Of a DNA stretch of 64,000 bases, positions 55,207 to 64,000 are shown one piece after another. How positions within the stretch are numbered: the first letter of the stretch is position 1; every line of letters begins with the position of its first letter. The notes under the pieces were generated by a model. The model did not search any database and was not told the DNA's origin. It saw only the letters and a list, made by a program, of their open reading frames with translations. Both the position numbers and the translations under genes were made by a program. The stretch is from Myxococcota bacterium (GTDB lineage: Bacteria > Myxococcota_A > Polyangia > Nannocystales > Nannocystaceae), in contig JBCCHT010000025.1 in the NCBI GenBank assembly GCA_039028615.1, positions 32,001-96,000 of the forward strand. The letters are read 5' to 3'.

Positions 55207-56226
55207 ATGGTCGTCGACATCGGCACCGGTCGCATCGTGGCCGCAGCCTTCCTCGCGCTCGGGCTCTCCGGTTGCGCCGAGGAGGTCGACATCCCCATCG
55301 ACGCCAAGATCCAGGCGCCTCGGTTCTATCCCGGGGAACACGCCCCCACGATCGGCTTCGACATCATCGCCTCCACCCCCGAGCTGCAGGCCCAGGTCTG
55401 CTCGGGCGCCCTGCAGGTCTGGGTCGAGGTCTTCAATCCCGCCACCGCCGAGTGGGATCACGTGCTGCACACGGGCGTGTCGATCTCGTGCAGCAGCGAG
55501 CCAGCCAACGTCTCGCTCGTGGCCGACAACAGCGGCTCCCAGGAAGAGGTCCTCGAGCTCACCCAGGAGTCCGTCATGCAGTTCGTCGACGACATCATCG
55601 ACGGCGGCGGCAAGATGGGCCTCACCCGGGTCAGCACCGGGTCCGAAGTGCTGACCCCGCTGACCCACGAGTACGACGTGCTCACCGACGCGGTCGACAA
55701 CCTCTTCGTCAACGACGGGTGGACCGCGCTCTACGACGGCATCCGCATGGCCAACGGCAGCCTCCAGCAGTACGTCGCCGACTCGATCGACGAGGACGAC
55801 CTGTGCATGGACGGCGGCCGGCGTTCCATCGTGGTGTTCACCAACGGCCGCGAGAACAACTCGGCCGACGAGATGAACGCCAACTACTCCGACGGCATCG
55901 ACACCACCTACGAGGACGTCTTGAACCTCACCGTGGGCGACGTCACGACGCCTATGTACATCGTGGGGCTCGGCGACAACACGGATCCCGTTTTCCTCCA
56001 GGAGCTCGCCGACGAGACCAACGGCCACTACCTCGCCGTCGATGCGGCCGACGATCTGCCCGAGGCATTCGGGCTCGTGTCCGGCTACGCCACCGAAGGG
56101 GCGAGGATCTGCGCCGAGCTGACGGAAGTCTGCGGTCCGACCCAGGTGCGGATGAGCTACACCCTCGACGGCTGGGCCACCTACGTCGGGCCCAAGTACT
56201 TCGCGGTCGACGTCCCCTGCGCCTGA
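55207..56226 (+). CDS. VWA domain lipoprotein
   Basis: LSGC lipobox; DNSGS MIDAS, TALYDG, VVFTNG, LQELADETNG. Confidence 0.9.
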   Translation: MVVDIGTGRIVAAAFLALGLSGCAEEVDIPIDAKIQAPRFYPGEHAPTIGFDIIASTPELQAQVCSGALQVWVEVFNPATAEWDHVLHTGVSISCSSEPANVSLVADNSGSQEEVLELTQESVMQFVDDIIDGGGKMGLTRVSTGSEVLTPLTHEYDVLTDAVDNLFVNDGWTALYDGIRMANGSLQQYVADSIDEDDLCMDGGRRSIVVFTNGRENNSADEMNANYSDGIDTTYEDVLNLTVGDVTTPMYIVGLGDNTDPVFLQELADETNGHYLAVDAADDLPEAFGLVSGYATEGARICAELTEVCGPTQVRMSYTLDGWATYVGPKYFAVDVPCA

Positions 56227-56344
56227 ACCCCATCGGTTTCGTGCCTTTCCGCGGGGTCGAGCGGCCCGGTTTCGACCCCTCATTAGATTCACGGAAACCC
56301 ACCGCCCCCTGCGACGTGGGAGGAGGCGGAGCGGAGATTCACGC

Positions 56345-57160
56345 ATGAACTCACGATGGCAACTATGGATCGCAGCGGGCCTGCTCGCGGGCTGCAAGAC
56401 CACCGCGGCCCCCTCGAGCACCGCGCCCACCGACGCGCAGGCCCAGGCCGAGACCGCCGACGACGGACAATCCGAGCTGGCTGCGACCGATGCTCGTCGG
56501 CACGAGGCCGCCCTGGCCGAGGATCAGCAATTCCTCGCCGACCACGGTGACGACCCCGAGCAGGCCGCGCAGGTCCTGCAGGCCACCGTGCGCATCGGCA
56601 AGTCGCAGGCCGCCCTGGGGCGCCACGACGAAGCCAAGGCCAGCTATCGCGACGTCATCGCCCGCTTCGAGGCGGCCGGATTCAACAGCTCCGAGGCGGA
56701 AGCCGACGCTCCCGCCGAGGCCACCTTCCTGCTCGCCGAGTATGCCCTCGAGGACGTCCTCAACCTACAGCTCACGGGCGACGGCGAGCTCCTCGAGGAG
56801 AGCACCCGCCTGCTCATGGACGCACTCGTCGACGCCTCCGGGAAGTACGACGCCGTGTTCCCCTATCGACGCATCGACTGGGCCCTCGCCGCCATGGTTC
56901 GCAAAGGCCGGGCCTTCGAGGAGGTCGCGATCAAGGTGCGGGCGCATCCGGCTCCGTCGGAGCTCGAAGAGCAAGACGCGATCGAGGCCTATCACCGCAT
57001 CGTCGACGACTTTGCCACGCGCCTCGATCACAAGGCGGTCGAGCTCTATTCCGAGACGGTGCTGCGGGGTAAGGAACTCAGCATCGACAACGAGTGGACT
57101 CGATCCGCGCAGGAGCACCTGGCCGGGCTCCTGCCGCCCGGCGACGCCGATCAGTCGTAG
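56345..57160 (+). CDS. TPR lipoprotein
   Basis: LAGC lipobox; TPR helices; WALAA...NEWT as in myxobacterial gliding-type TPR protein tails. Confidence 0.75.
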   Translation: MNSRWQLWIAAGLLAGCKTTAAPSSTAPTDAQAQAETADDGQSELAATDARRHEAALAEDQQFLADHGDDPEQAAQVLQATVRIGKSQAALGRHDEAKASYRDVIARFEAAGFNSSEAEADAPAEATFLLAEYALEDVLNLQLTGDGELLEESTRLLMDALVDASGKYDAVFPYRRIDWALAAMVRKGRAFEEVAIKVRAHPAPSELEEQDAIEAYHRIVDDFATRLDHKAVELYSETVLRGKELSIDNEWTRSAQEHLAGLLPPGDADQS

Positions 57161-57202
57161 CGGCTCGCCTCGCGACGGGCGGGCCTCATGCCGGGGCTGA
57201 GT

Positions 57203-58804
57203 TCACGACACCCGGGGTCGGCGACTCAGCCCATGCCACGCGCTGCCCATGAGCCAGATCCCCAGGCCCCCCGCCGTCGCCCACCACAGCCACAGCCAGT
57301 CCGGGAACACAACCGTCAGCGCGGCGGACACCACGAAGGTCACCGCCGGAATGAGCATGCGGGGCAGCAGCACCGCCATCGCGCCCAGGAACAGCGCGAA
57401 GGTCAGCAGGGCCAGGCTGACCGTGGCCCGCAGGGGGAGCTGGAGGTACCAGCCCAGCGACGGGAAGGCGACCATCGCCGTCGACAACGCCAACATCATG
57501 CCGTTTTGGGTTCGGCTGACCAGGCTCATCGGTCGTCGACGCTGACTCCGGGCGCGTCGATGGATCGCGGTGATGATGTAGCCGAGGACGCAGGACGAAG
57601 ACACCACGCACAGGGTGAGCAAGAACGGATAGGCGACGTCGAGGTCGGCCGGCAGGACGTACTCTTGAGCGTAGATCGCCGCCCCGAGGTTGATCAGGCC
57701 GACGATGAACGACGCGACCACCCGGGAGCGCACGCCCACCCGCAGGTCGACGTGACGCCGAAGATCGACGATCTCCTGGTCGGCCATCGATCCCAGCAAT
57801 CGCCGCAACTTCCTCAGCAACACCTCCATCGATGGCCAGCGCCGATGGGGCTCGGAGGACAAGCCGCGCAGCAGCACCCGCCGTAGCTCGCGGGGCACCA
57901 GGCTTTCGGGCGGCGGAGGCTTGATGGTGTCGCTCGTCATCGCCTCCATCAGCTCGGGAATCGAGCCGCCGGGGAAGGGCCGCTCGCCGTAGACCGCCTC
58001 GTACAGCGAGACGCAGAAGCTGAACTGATCGCTGAGCACCGACGCGTCGTGCCCGGCCATCTGCTCCGGCGGCATATAGGCCGGCGTCCCGAGGATGGCC
58101 CCCGTCTGGGTGAGCGACACATCGAGCGGCACCGATCGCTGCGCCGCCGAGCGCACGCGCACCACGACGCTGGGCACGCTCTCGTCCGCGTCCGCCCCGT
58201 CGCGTCGCGCCAGGCCGAAGTCCAAGACCCGCACTCGGCCGTCGTTGTCGACGACCACGTTGCCGGGCTTGAAGTCGCGGTGCACCAAGCCTTTGGTATG
58301 CGCCGCCGCCAAGCCTCGCCCCGCTTGCAGGTACAGCTCGAGGCACTCGGTCCAGTCGGGGCAGGTGCCGCTGTCGTTCTGCCACTGGCGCAGGGTCTGG
58401 CCCTTCACCAGCTCCATGACCAGGAAGATCTTCTCGTCGACCTCTCCGACCTCGAAGACCTGCACCACGTTGGGGTGAGAGAGCTTGGCCATGGCCTGCG
58501 CCTCCCGCTTCAGGCGTGGCCCGTGGTTGCCGACCGGGTCCGTGTGCAGGACCTTGATCGCCACCTGTCGGTCGAGGACGTCGTCGTAGGCCTTGAGCAC
58601 CACGCCCATGGCTCCCTCGCCCAGCTCGTCGAGCACGATGTAGCGACCGAAGCGGCGCACCGTCGGCTGGGCGAAGAGCGCCCCGAGCACCTTGGCGCGA
58701 CGAGCCTCCTGCACGGCCGTGATCTCGCGGGGCTGATTGGGCACCATCCGCATGGGGTGGATGTCCACTTCGATCGTGCTCTGCTCTAGATCGACATCTT
58801 CCAC
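57203..58804 (-). CDS. Ser/Thr protein kinase with polytopic C-terminal membrane domain
   Basis: GEGAMG, HRDFKPGN, DFG, PPEQ, SDQFSFCV; about six C-terminal TMs, no TPR. Confidence 0.93.
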   Translation of the reverse strand: MEDVDLEQSTIEVDIHPMRMVPNQPREITAVQEARRAKVLGALFAQPTVRRFGRYIVLDELGEGAMGVVLKAYDDVLDRQVAIKVLHTDPVGNHGPRLKREAQAMAKLSHPNVVQVFEVGEVDEKIFLVMELVKGQTLRQWQNDSGTCPDWTECLELYLQAGRGLAAAHTKGLVHRDFKPGNVVVDNDGRVRVLDFGLARRDGADADESVPSVVVRVRSAAQRSVPLDVSLTQTGAILGTPAYMPPEQMAGHDASVLSDQFSFCVSLYEAVYGERPFPGGSIPELMEAMTSDTIKPPPPESLVPRELRRVLLRGLSSEPHRRWPSMEVLLRKLRRLLGSMADQEIVDLRRHVDLRVGVRSRVVASFIVGLINLGAAIYAQEYVLPADLDVAYPFLLTLCVVSSSCVLGYIITAIHRRARSQRRRPMSLVSRTQNGMMLALSTAMVAFPSLGWYLQLPLRATVSLALLTFALFLGAMAVLLPRMLIPAVTFVVSAALTVVFPDWLWLWWATAGGLGIWLMGSAWHGLSRRPRVS

Positions 58805-59117
58805 GGCCAAAAATCCCCCTAGACCATCAGTGTAACGGCGACACCGATTGACTGAGCGATTTCACGACTTTTCGCCAATTGGGCACCTGGTCCTTTTGGG
58901 CAATTCGATCGCCATGGCACTTCACCGCGAACCGAATGCTCGATTGGGTAACAAAGAGGGAGTCAAAGCTCCGCGGTGACGCACTCACCCTTGGGCACCC
59001 GAGGATGCCCGGGACTGACGAATGCACAACCAGACCACGCTGCAAGCCTCCATCGTCTCCGTTCACTCGGGAAGCCCGCCTGCACCGTGGCGCACCGCTC
59101 CCCGTATACTCGTCGCC

Positions 59118-59747
59118 ATGGGCGATGGTGAGTTGCTGCTGGCATGGCGCGACGGCGATCGCGCGGCCGGGGAAGAACTGTTCGAACGCCACTACCCCAC
59201 GGTGGAGCGGTTCTTTCGCAACAAGGTCTCGGAGCCCGACGAGCTCATTCAGCGGACCTTCCTCGCCTGTACCGAATCGGCGGCCCGGTTCCGTGGGGAC
59301 TCCAAGTTCCGCACCTTCTTGCTGGGCATCGCGTTCAACGTCCTGCGTACCTTCTATCGACAACTGCAGCGAGACCGAGGCCTGGACTCCATCCACGAGA
59401 GTTCCGTGGCCGATCTGGGGCAGACCCCGAGCCGGGTCGTGTGCGCCCGCGAAGAGGAAGAGCTGCTGCTCGCCGCCCTGCGACTGCTGCCGTGTGAGCT
59501 CCAGGTGCTGATCGAGCTTCGCTACTGGGAGAACCTCAAGCACGACGAGCTCGCGGAGATCCTCGAGCACCCGCGAAGTACCATCAACTCCAAGCTCCGC
59601 CGCGCTCGCAAGCTCCTCGACGAGGGCATGCGGACGCTGGCCCGAACCCCGCAGGTCTTCGACAGCACGGTGGGCAACCTCCAAGAGTGGGTCGAGCAAC
59701 AGCGGCGCCGGGGACCCCTCGGGCCCGGCAGCACACAGGAGTCCTAG
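59118..59747 (+). CDS. ECF RNA polymerase sigma factor
   Basis: LLLAWRDGD, RFFRNKV, LIQRTF, FRTFLLGIA, IELRYWE, STINSKLRRAR. Confidence 0.93.
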   Translation: MGDGELLLAWRDGDRAAGEELFERHYPTVERFFRNKVSEPDELIQRTFLACTESAARFRGDSKFRTFLLGIAFNVLRTFYRQLQRDRGLDSIHESSVADLGQTPSRVVCAREEEELLLAALRLLPCELQVLIELRYWENLKHDELAEILEHPRSTINSKLRRARKLLDEGMRTLARTPQVFDSTVGNLQEWVEQQRRRGPLGPGSTQES

Positions 59748-59751
59748 ACCG

Positions 59752-62730
59752 ATGGATGAGCACGGGAGCCTCGAACGCAAGCTCATCCGGGTCGGTCACA
59801 CCCCCGCGGACGAAGACGCCGACGCCGACCGCAAGCGCGGGATCATGGCCCGCATCTTCGGCGATCCGGCGCCGCCGCGTCGCATCGGACGCTTCATCGA
59901 CCTCGGGCTCCTGGGCCACGGCGCCATGGGTACGGTGCGACGGGCTTACGACGAGCACCTGGCCCGCGAGGTCGCGATCAAGGTCATCCGACACCGGTCG
60001 ACCCAAAAACGCCGCGACCGGCTCCTGCGAGAGGCCCAGGCCCTGGGGCAGCTGTCTCACCCGAACGTGGTGCAGGTCTACGAGGTCGGGGAAGTCGGCG
60101 AGGAGATCTTCATCGCGATGGAGCTGGTCGACGGGGTCTCGCTCGAGCAGTGGCAGGGCGAACGTCACGCCTGGCGGGCGTGCCTCGACGTCTACCTGCA
60201 AGCCGGGCGGGGACTCGCCGCCGCCCATGCCAAGGGTCTCATCCACCGCGACTTCAAGCCCGCCAACTGCATCCGCGACACCGAGGGTCGCGTGCGCGTG
60301 CTCGACTTCGGCTTGGTGCGGGCCGTCGACGCTCCGGTGTCTCCAAACGGCCGCCGCCAGAAGCTCGCCGACTCGCTCGATCCCCCGTCGTCGCTGGGAG
60401 GCACGGCCCCCTCCCACCACGGTTCCGGCACGGGCTCGTCCTCGGAGGGGTCGATGCTGGCGGTGCAGCTGACGGCCGACAACGCGGTCGTGGGCACGAT
60501 CGCCTATATGGCCCCCGAGCAGCTCGTCGGTGATGACGCGGACGCGCGGAGCGACCAATTCAGCTTCTGCGTCGCGCTGTACGAGGCGCTGTACGGTCAC
60601 CCACCCTTCGGGAGCAATCCTCAGAGCACCCTCCAAAAATTGGCCATGGGGCAACGGATCAAGCCCGCGACGGCGTCGACGCGGGCCGTTCCCCGCTGGC
60701 TCCACCGGGTGCTCGAGCGAGGCCTGGCCGCCGACCCCAGCGAGCGATGGCCATCGATGAACGCGCTGCTGCAGACGCTGGAGCGCCAGCCGCGGGCCGC
60801 CACCGTGCGACGAGCCTCGGTGTTCACCGCGGTCGTGGCCGCGGTCGGATTTTATGGGGCGTCGGCCTACGGAGAGGCGCAGTGCGACCACGACTCTCGG
60901 CGTGAAGCCTTGTGGGGCGAAGCGCAGCGGCAACACGTCCGCGAGGCCATGCACGCCACCGAGCTCCCGTACGCGGACGAGACCTGGGAGACCATCGACC
61001 GCCAACTTCAGGTCCGCACCACGGCGTGGGCCGACGCCGCACAGAGCGTTTGTCGGGCTAACGAAGCGCGACCGGAGCCCGTCGCCAACTCGGTGCAAGA
61101 CCATTGCCTCGAGCGGGAGCATGACGCCCTCGCGAGCTACGTCGAGCTCGTCTCGGCCTCGAACCCCGACACGGTGCGGTACGCGGTCGACATGGTGGCG
61201 GCCCTGCCCTCGCTGGAGGGCTGCGCCCGGGCCCTCGAGCTCGATGGTCCGCGGGCCATCGCGGGCACGGCCGACTGGGCAACGACCCTCGACGTGGCCC
61301 GCAGCTTGGACCGCGCGCGGCTGCTCGAAGCGGCGGGCCAGCTGGGCGAAGGGCTGTCCATCGCCTCCGATGCCGCCGCTCGGGCCACGGCGCTCGGTCC
61401 CCGCTGGTCGGCCGAGGCACAGCTGGTCGAAGGCCACCTGCTCATGAGCGACCACCAAGCCGAAGCCGCCGAGACCAAGCTCCGCGGCGCGCTCGGACTG
61501 GCGGCGGAGCACGGCTTCACCGATCTGAGGGTCGACTCGGCCGCCACGCTCGGTCATGTGCTCGGGGTCGAGCAGGGCAAGACCCAGGCCGCCATGGAGC
61601 GCCTGGACTCGCTCGAGACGACGCCGGGGATTTCCGATCGCGCCCGGGCCCTGGTGTGGACCCACCGCGGCAACGTGACCTCGAGTCGCGCCGAGTGGTC
61701 CGAGGCGGAAGGCCACTACCGGCAAGCACTGCAGCTGCTGGAGGCCGAACTCGGCCCCTTCGACCTCGGCCTGATCGAGGCCCTGGATGGGCTCGCCACC
61801 GTGCTCCGCAGGCAAGGAAAGCTGGACGCCGCCCTCGAGTTCCGAGCACGGGCGGTGCAGATCCACGAGCGGCTCCAAGGCGCGGATCATCCGGCCACCG
61901 CGTTCACCCGGGCGAACCAAGCCGCGATCGACCTCGACCAGGGCAACGCTCAGCGGGCAAAGCAAGCGCTCGAAGACGCGATCTCGACCTTGGAGCGGAC
62001 CCTCGGATCGGAGCACGGCGATCTCGCCTCGCCGCACAACACCCTCGCCATGGTCTTCGCCGAGCTCGGCGACCACGCCCGAGCCGAGAGCGAGTTCCTC
62101 ACCGCCATCCGCATCTGGAGCGCAACGAAGGGCCCCGACGACGCGATGGTCGCCCTGGCGCGGTTCAACCTCGGTCACTTCCTGAGCGAGCGCGGCCAGA
62201 CGACCAAAGCCATCGAGCAGCTGAGCGTCGCCGCGGAGATGTTCGACCGCGCCGATCCGTCGGACGCGAGCGTACGGGGCTACGCGCGGGCGCAACGAGT
62301 CCTGGGCAAGGCCCACCGCGCGGCCGGAGACACGGCCAACGCCGACGAGCACTTCCGGCTCGGTCTCGCCAAGCTCCGCCGCCACGGCCTCGAGTTCGAC
62401 CCCATGACCGCTCGCATCCTCAATGGGCTGGGTCGGACCGCGCTTCGACGCGGCGACGCAGCGGAGGCGGCCGACGTGCACCTGCGGGCGGTGAGGGCCT
62501 ACGACGCCCTGCTCGAAGGTGACGAGCGAGACCGGCAGGTCGCACGAACGCGCCTCTACGTGGCCGAGGCGCTCGCGCACCAGCACCAGCGCAGCGACGC
62601 CCTGAAACAAGTCGATCGCGCCATCGCGCTGTACGAGCGGCTGCTCGCCAAAGACGCCTCGTCGGCGGTCGCCCAGCGACGCCTCCGCGAGGCCCGACAG
62701 CTCCGCAGCCGGATCGCCTCCGCGCCCTGA
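59752..62730 (+). CDS. Ser/Thr protein kinase with TM and TPRs
   Basis: GHGAMG, VAIK, HRDFKPAN, DFG, APEQ; TPR tail; starts 4 nt after sigma stop. Confidence 0.96.
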   Translation: MDEHGSLERKLIRVGHTPADEDADADRKRGIMARIFGDPAPPRRIGRFIDLGLLGHGAMGTVRRAYDEHLAREVAIKVIRHRSTQKRRDRLLREAQALGQLSHPNVVQVYEVGEVGEEIFIAMELVDGVSLEQWQGERHAWRACLDVYLQAGRGLAAAHAKGLIHRDFKPANCIRDTEGRVRVLDFGLVRAVDAPVSPNGRRQKLADSLDPPSSLGGTAPSHHGSGTGSSSEGSMLAVQLTADNAVVGTIAYMAPEQLVGDDADARSDQFSFCVALYEALYGHPPFGSNPQSTLQKLAMGQRIKPATASTRAVPRWLHRVLERGLAADPSERWPSMNALLQTLERQPRAATVRRASVFTAVVAAVGFYGASAYGEAQCDHDSRREALWGEAQRQHVREAMHATELPYADETWETIDRQLQVRTTAWADAAQSVCRANEARPEPVANSVQDHCLEREHDALASYVELVSASNPDTVRYAVDMVAALPSLEGCARALELDGPRAIAGTADWATTLDVARSLDRARLLEAAGQLGEGLSIASDAAARATALGPRWSAEAQLVEGHLLMSDHQAEAAETKLRGALGLAAEHGFTDLRVDSAATLGHVLGVEQGKTQAAMERLDSLETTPGISDRARALVWTHRGNVTSSRAEWSEAEGHYRQALQLLEAELGPFDLGLIEALDGLATVLRRQGKLDAALEFRARAVQIHERLQGADHPATAFTRANQAAIDLDQGNAQRAKQALEDAISTLERTLGSEHGDLASPHNTLAMVFAELGDHARAESEFLTAIRIWSATKGPDDAMVALARFNLGHFLSERGQTTKAIEQLSVAAEMFDRADPSDASVRGYARAQRVLGKAHRAAGDTANADEHFRLGLAKLRRHGLEFDPMTARILNGLGRTALRRGDAAEAADVHLRAVRAYDALLEGDERDRQVARTRLYVAEALAHQHQRSDALKQVDRAIALYERLLAKDASSAVAQRRLREARQLRSRIASAP

Positions 62731-63226
62731 GCACTACCGCCGACGACGAATCGAGGGCGCAACGGTGAGGCCACCGCTGTGCCCTCGGCTCGTTGGTTCG
62801 CCCTCCTCCAGCCGCGCATCGGCACGCGAAATCGTCGACGAGAAAAAAGATGAAAAAATGTGCGTCAACGCCCGACACTCTCCTCATTCGCGACACTCCC
62901 TAGTTGAAGGGGTCGCGAACCCAGCGACCGGGGGAACCAATGCCAGCGTGGTCTGCCACCGCGGCATGGCATCGAACAATCTGACATCGGGCGACGCGAG
63001 TCGTCTGCGTAGATCGACTGCCCCCTGTCGATGACTTGGATAGACCGTGATTTGGATTAGTGCAGCGTCGCGCCCCTCGAAACGCAGCACCCGTTCCTCG
63101 AGCCGAGACACACGATAGCCCCATTCCTCAATCGATAGCCGTGTGACCTGATGGAAGCCATGGCGCGGGAGATGGTCCCGCGCCGCTTCGAGGCGTTGGT
63201 GCTCGAGCTCGCAAGGACGCGAACTG

Positions 63227-64000
63227 ATGAGCACGAAGGACAACCACAAAACCCCCACTCCCTTCTCGACCATTGCCCGCCATTGCCTCCCCGTAGCTCT
63301 GGCCATCGGTGCTCTCGCTCCCCTCGCCGTGAGTGCCAATGCGCCGGCCGACGACGTCGTCACCATGAGCACGAGCGACACCACCACCTGCGCGTCGACA
63401 GCCTCGGGCAAGGCCAAGTGCTGGGGCGCCAATGATGCCGGCCAGCTCGGTCGGGGCGACACCATGCCCCACGGCGACGACGAGCCGCTCACCGAGCTCG
63501 CCGCCATCGACCTGGACGGGTTCGTCGTGGACGTTCAGACCAACGGGCGACAGACCTTCGCCCTCATCGAGGACGGGCGCGTGTTCGCCTGGGGTGACAA
63601 CGGCAACGGTGAGCTCGGGCTCGGGCACACCCAGACGATGGGCGACGACGAGCCCATCAACGAGACGGAATTCGTGGTCGACCTCGGTGGGGCCGCCGCG
63701 ATACAGCTGGCGGTCGGGGATGGCTTCGCCTGTGCCTTGCTCGAGGACGGCGCCGTGCGGTGCTGGGGTGCCAACGATGTCGGGCAGCTCGGCTACGGCC
63801 ATACGGACACCATCGGCGACGACGAGACCCCCGCGAGCTCGGGCTCGGTGTCGCTGTGGGTCGGCGCCGTCCAGATCACCGCAGGCGCCGACCATGCCTG
63901 CGCGCTGCTCGACAACGGGCACGTGCGCTGCTGGGGGCTCAACGACGCGGGCCAGCTCGGCTACGGCCACACGGACACCATCGGCGACGACGAGCGACCG
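63227..64000 (+). CDS. secreted RCC1-like repeat protein (3' truncated, absent from ORF track)
   Basis: AAGGA RBS, ATG 63227; signal peptide; repeats of CWG.N..GQLG.G.T..IGDDE.P. Confidence 0.9.
   Translation, partial: MSTKDNHKTPTPFSTIARHCLPVALAIGALAPLAVSANAPADDVVTMSTSDTTTCASTASGKAKCWGANDAGQLGRGDTMPHGDDEPLTELAAIDLDGFVVDVQTNGRQTFALIEDGRVFAWGDNGNGELGLGHTQTMGDDEPINETEFVVDLGGAAAIQLAVGDGFACALLEDGAVRCWGANDVGQLGYGHTDTIGDDETPASSGSVSLWVGAVQITAGADHACALLDNGHVRCWGLNDAGQLGYGHTDTIGDDERP

Noticed and set aside
56235..56299. Nested intergenic stem-loop as a possible ncRNA or REP element
   Set aside because: Single copy in the window, directly after a stop codon; most simply a terminator or stability hairpin
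59584..62610. 1008-aa minus-strand ORF, and similar long antisense ORFs (21143-23242, 41440-43281, 47984-49801, 39066-40817)
   Set aside because: Shadow ORFs of high-GC codon bias opposite genes with clear motifs

Overview
High-GC bacterial DNA. The gene content (paralogous TPR Ser/Thr kinases paired with ECF sigma factors, Cys-rich lipoproteins, RCC1-like repeats) suggests a myxobacterium, probably Nannocystaceae-like (inference). About 55 CDS are supported; I saw no rRNA, tRNA, CRISPR array or transposase. Main blocks: (1) 0-8 kb cluster of three ECF sigma factors, kinases and two small orphan proteins sharing a putative promoter, including a sigma factor with an apparently duplicated sigma2 domain; (2) an RtcR-like activator divergent from a sigma54-driven rtcB2-prfH-orphan RNA/ribosome repair operon with three palindromic upstream boxes; (3) a bufferin-type MNIO (DUF692) RiPP cluster with a tandem-duplicated precursor; (4) metabolic and envelope genes at 19-37 kb; (5) further ECF/kinase modules; (6) the best candidate for an undescribed system, at 43.4-53 kb: a TPR-CHAT (caspase-like) lipoprotein, an 8-repeat orphan protein, a subtilase lipoprotein, an ECF sigma factor, a membrane anti-sigma and a second orphan, with three exact copies of CCGTCAC-N15-CGTCCA upstream of three of the transcription units. 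All calls come from reading motifs by eye; no database search was run and start codons are best estimates.
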